From positions 1 to 50,470 of the IMG/VR virus record IMGVR_UViG_3300025083_000060: 50,470 nucleotides of DNA. One strand, given 5' to 3'. Made by a program: the position numbers and the translations under genes. This document shows, piece by piece, positions 27,962 to 34,699 of this stretch. Below the pieces are notes generated by a model, which searched no databases, was not told where the DNA came from, and saw only the letters and a program-made list of their open reading frames with translations. The number at the start of each line of letters is the position of its first letter. Position 1 is the first letter of the stretch. Source of the DNA: a virus. Lineage: Duplodnaviria > Caudoviricetes.

Positions 27962-28036
27962 GGGTCAATTCCTTGTGTGTGTGTTTGAAGTGTCGGACGG
28001 TCCGACAGTAAAGCCAGACCGTTGATACTGGTATCA

Positions 28037-28276
28037 TTACCAAGCTTCTGATTGGATCTCTTTGCGATGGTCATCATAAAGCTTTACAGCTTTGTGCATA
28101 CGCTTGAGGGCGGTTTCATACTTGCGACAACCTTGTATTTCTTGAAGTATTTCTTTGAGGGTCCAACATTCAACCAGCACATCCCAACCGTCTTCTTCGT
28201 AATGCGCCTTAGCGTGATCCTGAATTTGTGTGGCAAAGTAAAGCGGGACATTAAATGTTTTTTCTAGATCTGTCAT
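28037..28276 (-). CDS. hypothetical early protein
   Basis: 79 aa; HAKAHYEEDGWDVLVECW; strong RBS. Confidence 0.8.
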   Translation of the reverse strand: MTDLEKTFNVPLYFATQIQDHAKAHYEEDGWDVLVECWTLKEILQEIQGCRKYETALKRMHKAVKLYDDHRKEIQSEAW

Positions 28277-28346
28277 TGGGTCAATTCCTTGTATGTATGT
28301 GAGAGAGAGTGATGCGCCCCGCTGTGATGCAGGGCGCTTGACTGTG

Positions 28347-28934
28347 TTAGCCTACGATTTCAGCGTGTAGGGCCTTGAGGAAAGCGCTGGTGTTCAACCC
28401 GTTGCTTTCGAGGGCGGCTTTTACGAATGTCGCAAGCTCCGCTTCAGTCTGAAATTGCTTGGTGTCGGACGGTCCGTCAGTAGCAGCCTCTGGCTTGGCT
28501 TGGGCTTTTCCTGCAGATGTATTACCTGCAGACTTAGGCGCTTTCGGCTCCGCTGGCTTGCTTGCCTTGGTGATCCGCTTACGGATGGCGCTCATCCCTA
28601 GACCGTCAAGTTTCCCGTCAGTGTTTAAGCGCTGCACAAGCTCCCAGTTTTCCGCAATCTTTTTGCAATCATTGTAATCTTGCCGACTAATAGTCGTATG
28701 CTGAGCCATTGCTTGGCCGAAAAGCTTGTCAGATTTGTACAAGGGACGAAGCTGGATCACAAGCAATCCGATTTCTTTGTAGCAATCCAATTGCTGCTCT
28801 TGCAAGAGCCACATACGATCATGAACCGCTTCCATCTGAGCAAAGGCGGCGCTTGCTGTGAACGTCTGACCGTTGTGTGTTACCTTGCCGTCCAAGTGTA
28901 CTTTTGCGTTTGTGTTTGTTTTTGCGTTTGTCAT
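28347..28934 (-). CDS. first early gene, hypothetical protein (195 aa)
   Basis: start re-assigned to MTNAKT after AAAAGGAA RBS; GC-richer codons than rest of window. Confidence 0.8.
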   Translation of the reverse strand: MTNAKTNTNAKVHLDGKVTHNGQTFTASAAFAQMEAVHDRMWLLQEQQLDCYKEIGLLVIQLRPLYKSDKLFGQAMAQHTTISRQDYNDCKKIAENWELVQRLNTDGKLDGLGMSAIRKRITKASKPAEPKAPKSAGNTSAGKAQAKPEAATDGPSDTKQFQTEAELATFVKAALESNGLNTSAFLKALHAEIVG

Positions 28935-28984
28935 CGAAGTATTCCTTTTTTGCTGTGGCCGGTGTTGGCCGTTTCGATGCAATC

Positions 28985-29013
28985 AATCTGGCCGATGGTC
29001 GAGGGAATGTCAA
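28985..29013 (-). promoter_or_regulatory. candidate first early sigma70 promoter
   Basis: TTGACA-N17-CAGATT on minus strand, ~50 nt before the first gene start. Confidence 0.6.
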
Positions 29014-29102
29014 CGGCTTTTGGTGCGCATTATGCGCAAGGAAAAGGAAGCAGTGTCGGACGGTCCGACAGTAGGGTAGGGTAAAAGCAGAACATCCGGT
29101 GA

Positions 29103-29117
29103 GAACGAATCAGGAAC
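29103..29117. promoter_or_regulatory. candidate alphaproteobacterial LexA box
   Basis: GAAC-gaatcag-GAAC (GAAC-N7-GAAC) in the divergent control region. Confidence 0.4.
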
Positions 29118-29542
29118 AGCCTCGTGCGTGATCATGTGTGTGATCATATGTGCATGCATGTGTGTTTGTGCATAAGCGATGCATGATCGCATCACGCTGC
29201 AGATGTGCGCATAGCAGGCCTATATGTGCGGCTTGCAGATACACAATCGGTAGAAAAAGCGTGTAAAAACAAGCGTTTAGCCCTATGCACATGCGCAGAA
29301 TGCACACACACGGCCCCACATACACCCCCCTGCGTGGGCCACCCCCCCGGTGTACGTACGTATATACATACTCTGCAACAGAACTGGATTTTACTTTTCA
29401 TGTACGAGCACTTACACACAACTATACCGTGTAAACAGTAATGTTATACTATAACAATGCTTAAAGCTGTGCATAAAGTTGTAACATAGATCACGTTTTG
29501 TTACAATTGTTACAAATGCATCACTTTTTGGCGAAACAAGGA

Positions 29543-29570
29543 TTGACAATGGGGGTGCTTTGTGTAAAAC
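29543..29570 (+). promoter_or_regulatory. candidate late-arm sigma70 promoter
   Basis: TTGACA-N16-TAAAAC. Confidence 0.55.
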
Positions 29571-29579
29571 TACGTAGTA

Positions 29580-29850
29580 GTAGTAGGTAAGTTAAACTTA
29601 AAAGTTAAACTCTTTAGAATACAACTAATAATACTTAACTTAAATAACTAAACTATATACAGTTACACTTATATCATTGGACTTAGGAAGAGTTAGACAT
29701 TAAAGTTAAACTTTAATGTTAGACTTACAAGTTGACAGCTTTATATTTGTATGATAGTATACTTATATGAGTGGTATTGATAATTATAACTATAAATATA
29801 CCACTATACTTTAACTTAACGTGTGACTTTAAAGTTTAACTATCACTAAT
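29580..29850. repeat. AT-rich region with AAGTTAAACT repeats (possible origin or packaging/terminal region)
   Basis: AAGTTAAACT at 29589, 29602, 29703; inverted copy at 29832. Confidence 0.65.
29732..29760 (+). promoter_or_regulatory. candidate late-arm sigma70 promoter
   Basis: TTGACA-N17-TAGTAT. Confidence 0.6.
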
Positions 29851-29886
29851 TTTTTAGTCGCACGTAATTTCCCTTGTAATTACCCC

Positions 29887-30150
29887 TTGACTCTTATGAA
29901 AAAACAAGTAAAACTATACCCTAGTGAGGATGTATTAGTACAATTCTATAGTGCTTTAGCGTCTAATAACTCTGATGCACTTAAAAAGGTACATATTCCT
30001 AAGAGTGATGTATTCTATGTACGTGAAAAGATATTTCAGGACACTGGAGAGAAGTATACGTTAGATAGAGTTGAAAGAGCTATGTACTTAGAGGGTATGA
30101 TTGACTCTAGAGACGTACTTGATCCTAAAAGAAAGAGGGACTGGGAATGA
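29887..30150 (+). CDS. hypothetical protein, first gene of late arm
   Basis: 87 aa; likely ATG start at 29896. Confidence 0.75.
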   Translation: MTLMKKQVKLYPSEDVLVQFYSALASNNSDALKKVHIPKSDVFYVREKIFQDTGEKYTLDRVERAMYLEGMIDSRDVLDPKRKRDWE

Positions 30151-30350
30151 CTGTAGCAATGGAACGTATTTTAGCGTGGAAAATTATGCCACGTTTAATG
30201 ATGTTAGTTATGACTGTTATGTATATCCGCTGTATTGAGTGGGCCTTATCACAACCAGACTTGTCTACCCAACAATCAGCTTTAATATCTGTAGTTACTG
30301 GTGCTATGACTGGTGCTTTTGCTGTATGGCTAGGAAATGAGAACAAATGA
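30147..30350 (+). CDS. small 2-TM membrane protein (lysis module)
   Basis: two hydrophobic segments; coupled to holin-like gene. Confidence 0.7.
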   Translation: MTVAMERILAWKIMPRLMMLVMTVMYIRCIEWALSQPDLSTQQSALISVVTGAMTGAFAVWLGNENK

Positions 30351-30700
30351 TTGGTCAAATCTTAGGAGCAGTTGGTGGATTAGCTACAACATACTTGGAT
30401 GGCAAGGTAGCAATACAGAAAGCTAACGCAGAAATCAAAGTAAAGCAAGCTACTGGTGAGATTGACTGGGATTTAGCTGCAATTCAAGCTACTCAGAATA
30501 GCTGGAAAGACGAATGGATAACATTACTTTTCAGTATTCCTCTTATTCTGGCGTTTTGTGGTGACTGGGGGAACAGTATAGTACAAGCTGGCTTTGCTGC
30601 ACTGGAGTCTATGCCTACGTGGTATCAATACAGCCTTGGTGGTATAGTATCAGCCAGTATAGGCATTCGTTCTGTAAGTAAATTCTTTGGGAAAAAATAA
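30347..30700 (+). CDS. putative holin (3TM/GTA-holin-like)
   Basis: SWKDEWITLLFSIPLILAF...PTWYQY...IGIRSVSKF; directly upstream of endolysin. Confidence 0.7.
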   Translation: MIGQILGAVGGLATTYLDGKVAIQKANAEIKVKQATGEIDWDLAAIQATQNSWKDEWITLLFSIPLILAFCGDWGNSIVQAGFAALESMPTWYQYSLGGIVSASIGIRSVSKFFGKK

Positions 30701-31209
30701 TGAAAAAGAACTTTGACAAATGCCTATCAATGCTACTTCATCATGAAGGTGGTTTTGTAAATCATCCTCAAGATCCGGGTGGAATGACTAACTTAGGTGT
30801 AACTAAAAGAGTATATGAAGCTTGGGTAGGACGTGAAGTAACAGAAGGTACTATGCGTGACTTGACGTTTGTAGATGTTGCACCTATATACAAAAAGAAT
30901 TACTGGGATAAGGTACGTGGAGATGATCTTCCTAGCGGTGTAGACTGGTGTGCCTTTGATTGGGCTGTGAACAGTGGATCTGGACGCCCAGCTAAGGCTA
31001 TTCAACGTGCAGTGGGTGCTACAGCAGATGGAGCTATTGGACCTAAAACACTTCAGTCTGTTATGAATCATGAACCTAAGATGATCATTGAGAGTGTATA
31101 CACTCAACGACAAAGTTTTTATGAGTCACTAGGACACTTTGATACTTTTGGCCGTGGTTGGACCAGAAGAAATAAAGAGACGCTAGACCAAGCTTTATCA
31201 ATGATTTAG
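30700..31209 (+). CDS. endolysin, glycoside hydrolase family 108
   Basis: HEGGFVNHPQDPGGMTNLGVT...FDWAVNSG...FGRGWTRR. Confidence 0.93.
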   Translation: MKKNFDKCLSMLLHHEGGFVNHPQDPGGMTNLGVTKRVYEAWVGREVTEGTMRDLTFVDVAPIYKKNYWDKVRGDDLPSGVDWCAFDWAVNSGSGRPAKAIQRAVGATADGAIGPKTLQSVMNHEPKMIIESVYTQRQSFYESLGHFDTFGRGWTRRNKETLDQALSMI

Positions 31210-31226
31210 TTTTAGAGGAATATAAA

Positions 31227-31748
31227 ATGCGAAGACAACAACCTACAACAGGTATGCCTAAAGGCCGTGCTGGTAAACTTACCCCTGCTCCGGGCGCAGG
31301 TAAACCAAAGCAAGCTGTGGGCGTAGGTAAACTCAAACCCCCAAAGGGTATGCCAGCACCTGCACCGGGTCGAGGTAGAGGCAGAGGTAAACCATTGCCA
31401 GCACCACTACCATCACCGACTCCGGGTCGTGGTAGAGGCGGTAGACGCCCTACTCCTATGCCAGCACCTGCGCCGGGTAGAGGCCAAGGCAGAGGTAAAC
31501 CATTACCAGCACCTGCGCCGGGTAGAGGTAGAGTTAAACGTCCTATGCCAGTACAGGCAGGTCAAGCACAACAAAAAAAGTTGACCCCTGTACAGTTGGC
31601 CCGTAAAAGGCAGATGGCTGCTAAAAGAAGACCTGCTCAATTAGCAAGAGCGCAAGCTCAACAAAAGAGAGCTTTAAACAGAGCAAACCGTGTAGCACAA
31701 AGAAATAATAGGTCTACCACCCCCACTCAGGCAGCACGTAGGCGGTAA
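31227..31748 (+). CDS. Pro/Gly/Arg-rich low-complexity basic protein
   Basis: repeated MPAPAPGRGRG; DNA duplication 31350-31405 / 31458-31513; GAGG RBS. Confidence 0.75.
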   Translation: MRRQQPTTGMPKGRAGKLTPAPGAGKPKQAVGVGKLKPPKGMPAPAPGRGRGRGKPLPAPLPSPTPGRGRGGRRPTPMPAPAPGRGQGRGKPLPAPAPGRGRVKRPMPVQAGQAQQKKLTPVQLARKRQMAAKRRPAQLARAQAQQKRALNRANRVAQRNNRSTTPTQAARRR

Positions 31749-31751
31749 TAA

Positions 31752-32048
31752 ATGGCTATTCCTGAACGAGTCAAAACTAAGATGAAGGATGCAGGACTTA
31801 AGGCGGTGAATAAACCCCAGCGCCTTAAGGATGGCAGTGGTAAGTCACATCACGTTATGGCTAGTGAGGGTGGTAAGTATAAATATATTAAGTTTGGTGA
31901 AAAGGGAGCCAGTACTGCAGGTAAGCCAAGGGAAGGTGAATCTGAGAAGATGAAGAAGAAACGTGCAAGCTTTAAAGCAAGACACGCTAAGAATATCAAA
32001 AAAGGCAAGATGTCTGCTGCATACTGGGCAGACAAAGTAAAATGGTAA
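31752..32048 (+). CDS. conserved basic hypothetical protein
   Basis: KYIKFG...RASFKARH...SAAYWADKVKW. Confidence 0.8.
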   Translation: MAIPERVKTKMKDAGLKAVNKPQRLKDGSGKSHHVMASEGGKYKYIKFGEKGASTAGKPREGESEKMKKKRASFKARHAKNIKKGKMSAAYWADKVKW

Positions 32049-32069
32049 ACACATAAAGGAAACTAAGAA

Positions 32070-32435
32070 ATGAAAACTCTAGCAATCGCATTAGGTCTTA
32101 CTGGTTTGTTGGCTACGTCAGCCACAGCAGCGGATTTTCCAATCGCAGGACAAGCAGTAGAACTGGGTGCAGAATCAGATACAAACTATACGACAGGCAT
32201 TGAAGATTGGGATTGGGAACTAACTCCATATGCCGCTATCACTATGAATAACCTTCGCTTGGGGGTAGAGACAGACATTGATATGTTGAAGTTGGATGAA
32301 GATAAAGTATTTCAAGGTGTAGATCTAACTGCAGATTATCCGTTATCTACATCTGTAAATCTTTATGGGGAAGTATCCTCAGACGATAGCTTTACATTTG
32401 GTGACGTTAAGTTAGGCGCTACTGTAAAGTTCTAA
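32070..32435 (+). CDS. secreted small outer-membrane beta-barrel-like protein
   Basis: signal peptide ending ATA-A; alternating beta pattern; C-terminal LGATVKF. Confidence 0.65.
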   Translation: MKTLAIALGLTGLLATSATAADFPIAGQAVELGAESDTNYTTGIEDWDWELTPYAAITMNNLRLGVETDIDMLKLDEDKVFQGVDLTADYPLSTSVNLYGEVSSDDSFTFGDVKLGATVKF

Positions 32436-32677
32436 TGTCTTTAATATCTCACCTTCCCTTACCTAACATGCCATTCCAGACACATGTAAATATTGTGTTT
32501 GAGAATGGTGTGGGAGAGCCTGTAAAAAAAGATGTAGATACAAAAGAACCTAACAAGATTACTCCTGATACACCAGTAGAAGATCTTAAGATAGTGAATC
32601 AGATGTATGCCTACAATCCTAATCCAAATAAACTACGAACTCCTGATGGACAGATCGTAGACTTTATTATAGCCTAG
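32435..32677 (+). CDS. hypothetical protein
   Basis: 80 aa; TAATG coupling. Confidence 0.7.
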   Translation: MSLISHLPLPNMPFQTHVNIVFENGVGEPVKKDVDTKEPNKITPDTPVEDLKIVNQMYAYNPNPNKLRTPDGQIVDFIIA

Positions 32678-32690
32678 ATAGGAATTACTA

Positions 32691-33023
32691 ATGCCTAAAA
32701 CAGAAACATCTCGTGCTGATCAAAAGGTAAAGCAGTTACGAAAGCGTATATCAAATTTAGCACCTGTACATAAGCGTAAATTATTAAAAGAAAACACTGT
32801 CAGTAATGTTATTGAAGGTTTAAGGGCTACAGGTACTGCAGCTAAATCTGCTTGGAACTCTAAAAAGGTAAGTGCTCTTGAGGCTAAGATAGTTAAATTA
32901 GAAGCGGCTAAAGAAGAAGCTCGCCAGTTGAAAGAAACAAAAGCTTTTAACAAGGGTAAACCTTTTGCGGAATACCACGGTAAATCTGCTAAGCTATTAA
33001 AAAAAGCTAATGCAAAAAAATAA
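32691..33023 (+). CDS. basic hypothetical protein
   Basis: 110 aa; K-rich. Confidence 0.7.
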   Translation: MPKTETSRADQKVKQLRKRISNLAPVHKRKLLKENTVSNVIEGLRATGTAAKSAWNSKKVSALEAKIVKLEAAKEEARQLKETKAFNKGKPFAEYHGKSAKLLKKANAKK

Positions 33024-33045
33024 TAATTACTTATAGGAGAAGCGC

Positions 33046-33216
33046 ATGAATAAGAAAATGAATAAAGGAATGGCCGCATTAAAAAAAGAAGCACCAGCAG
33101 TAGCAGCAAAGATGGGCTACAAGTATGGTGGCATGGCTAAGAAAAAATCGGGTTATAACAAAGGTGGTATGGCTAACTGCGGTGCTTCTATGAAAGCTAC
33201 ACAGGGGAATAAATAA
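33046..33216 (+). CDS. small basic protein with two YxxGGM motifs, 56 aa (not in ORF track)
   Basis: MNKKMNKGMAALKKEAPAVAAKMGYKYGGMAKKKSGYNKGGMANCGASMKATQGNK; AGGAG RBS; TAATG coupling. Confidence 0.8.
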   Translation: MNKKMNKGMAALKKEAPAVAAKMGYKYGGMAKKKSGYNKGGMANCGASMKATQGNK

Positions 33217-33800
33217 TGGCTAGTTATAAAGATTATAAAAGTATCTCTGCTGCACGAAAAGCAGGATCTATGTACTACACAGATAAGAATGGTAAGAAAG
33301 CTTTAGCTGTAACCAAAGAAACACTAGATGCTTGGAAAAAGAAAAACAAGGGTAAGTTTAAAGGTTCTGCTTTAACTGCTTGGGCTAATGCTAAAGGTAA
33401 GAACATTGGTGCCTCTGCTGGTACAGCCCCACCTAAGAAACCTTCTGTTCCCGGTGCAAAGCGTCCACCTAAACGTCCTGTAGATCCACGTTCACAGCGT
33501 CCTAAACAGCCTAAAGGTGCACCAACTCTTAGAGAAAGAAACCCTGTAGAGACAGATTATCTTCTTCCGGGTACAGATAAAACTCTTAAAGATGTCTTTA
33601 CTAAAGCAGAGATTGATGCAGCTTCTAAACGTGCACGAAAGCAGTTGGGTACGGATGCTAAGCCTTACACCAAACCTGTTCCGGGTAAAGCTATTTACGA
33701 TGCTATTAAAGAACGCACAAGTGTTTCTGAAATTAAAGCACGGGCAAAGCGGGAATCAGAGAAGCGGTCACGTTATAAGCGTGGTGCGAGTGCTGGATAA
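33216..33800 (+). CDS. Lys/Pro-rich hypothetical protein
   Basis: 194-aa ORF in operon. Confidence 0.75.
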   Translation: MASYKDYKSISAARKAGSMYYTDKNGKKALAVTKETLDAWKKKNKGKFKGSALTAWANAKGKNIGASAGTAPPKKPSVPGAKRPPKRPVDPRSQRPKQPKGAPTLRERNPVETDYLLPGTDKTLKDVFTKAEIDAASKRARKQLGTDAKPYTKPVPGKAIYDAIKERTSVSEIKARAKRESEKRSRYKRGASAG

Positions 33801-34172
33801 ATGCCTGATCTAACTAATTCAAAGTTTCATACGCAAGGGTACACTATTGCATCTACTTCGGCAGATGCTAGTGCTACCGTTGTGTATACTTGCCCTGCTA
33901 ACTTCAGTTCTATTACTAGGTATCTACACATTAGTAACAGTTCTAATTCTACTAAGAAAGTGTTTGTACAGTTTTACCATGCTGACGACAACGAATATCA
34001 CTATATAGCTAATGGACTTAGTATGGCAGGACACTCTGTAACTAATTTAGTTAATGGTGGATACTTTAACCTACACTCAGGCGATAAAATTTTAGTGTAC
34101 GGTGAAACTACTAACACTATGGAAGTACTTGTTTCAGTAGAGGAATACTTTGACCCTGCAAGGAGAGCATAA
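33801..34172 (+). CDS. hypothetical beta-rich protein (possibly structural)
   Basis: TVVYTCP...LHSGDKI pattern resembles ORF 49717-50061 (VIYTV...MEATDVI). Confidence 0.7.
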   Translation: MPDLTNSKFHTQGYTIASTSADASATVVYTCPANFSSITRYLHISNSSNSTKKVFVQFYHADDNEYHYIANGLSMAGHSVTNLVNGGYFNLHSGDKILVYGETTNTMEVLVSVEEYFDPARRA

Positions 34173-34177
34173 CGGGG

Positions 34178-34206
34178 TTGCAATCTTATCTATAGTATGA
34201 TATAAC
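34178..34206 (+). promoter_or_regulatory. sigma70-type promoter for DUF1127 gene
   Basis: TTGCAA-N17-TATAAC. Confidence 0.7.
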
Positions 34207-34252
34207 TAAATATGGTAAAACTATTCCTGCACAAGACAAAAGGAGTAGTGCT

Positions 34253-34393
34253 ATGTTTAAGAATATCTTAAAGAAGTTTCAAGAAAATCAACAACGAAGA
34301 GCAGACTATTGGATACTCATGAATCTGAGTGACAAAGAACTGCATGATATGGGGATCAGTAGAGGTGAAATCAGGCAAAAAGTCTACGGTTAA
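34253..34393 (+). CDS. DUF1127 (YjiS-like) small protein, 46 aa (not in ORF track)
   Basis: MFKNILKKFQENQQRRADYWILMNLSDKELHDMGISRGEIRQKVYG; LSDxELxDxGISRxEI signature; AGGAG RBS. Confidence 0.88.
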   Translation: MFKNILKKFQENQQRRADYWILMNLSDKELHDMGISRGEIRQKVYG

Positions 34394-34550
34394 TGCAGCG
34401 GGTAATTATACTAAGCCTAGTATGCGTAAGCGCCTCGTTGCTTCCGTCAAAGCTGGCGGGAAAGGTGGAGCACCCGGACAATGGAGCGCCCGCAAAGCAC
34501 AGATGGTTGCAAAGCAATATAAAGCTAAAGGTGGAGGATACAAGTCGTGA
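34365..34550 (+). CDS. small basic hypothetical protein
   Basis: probable GTG start; NYTKPSMRK...GQWSARKAQ...YKAKGGGYKS. Confidence 0.75.
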   Translation: MKSGKKSTVNAAGNYTKPSMRKRLVASVKAGGKGGAPGQWSARKAQMVAKQYKAKGGGYKS

Positions 34551-34699
34551 AAGTAGATGCACCTAAAGGTTATCATTGGATGAAGCAGAAAGATGGTGGC
34601 CTAAAGCTAATGAAACATAAAGATAAGTTTGTACCTCATAAGGGTGCATCTCTTACTGCTAACTTTCCTGTACAAAAGAAACACGATGCCAAAAAGTAA
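34547..34699 (+). CDS. small basic hypothetical protein, 50 aa (not in ORF track)
   Basis: GTG start after GGAGG; MKVDAPKGYHWMKQ...HDAKK. Confidence 0.7.
   Translation: MKVDAPKGYHWMKQKDGGLKLMKHKDKFVPHKGASLTANFPVQKKHDAKK

Larger units (their letters stand above)
23387..29070. repeat. dispersed 17-bp palindromic repeat TGWCGGAC-G-GTCCGWCA, 10 copies
   Basis: copies start at 23387, 24659, 25188, 26006, 26476, 27332, 27665, 27991, 28463, 29054. Confidence 0.95.

Noticed and set aside
23387-29070. Palindromic repeats as a CRISPR array
   Set aside because: Spacing is 0.3-1.3 kb and irregular, intervals are whole genes, and there is no cas operon; the Cas4-like nuclease sits in the replication module
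23387-29070. Repeats as integron attC sites
   Set aside because: Too short, no RYYYAAC/GTTRRRY boxes, and four lie inside CDSs; recombination is kept only as one hypothesis
23387-29070. Repeats as phage RNA polymerase promoters or as matS/parS sites
   Set aside because: No RNA polymerase gene in the window, the sites are symmetric, and the sequence does not match matS (GTGACRNYGTCAC) or parS (TGTTTCACGTGAAACA)
28680-29441. Multiple overlapping ORFs in the track (28680+, 28873+, 29010-, 29110-, 29192-, 29205+)
   Set aside because: No RBS, antisense to a real gene, or C/H/M/V-rich translations produced by dinucleotide alternation
29580-29850. CtrA boxes (TTAA-N7-TTAA)
   Set aside because: Many TTAA words, but none of those I checked has exact 7-nt spacing
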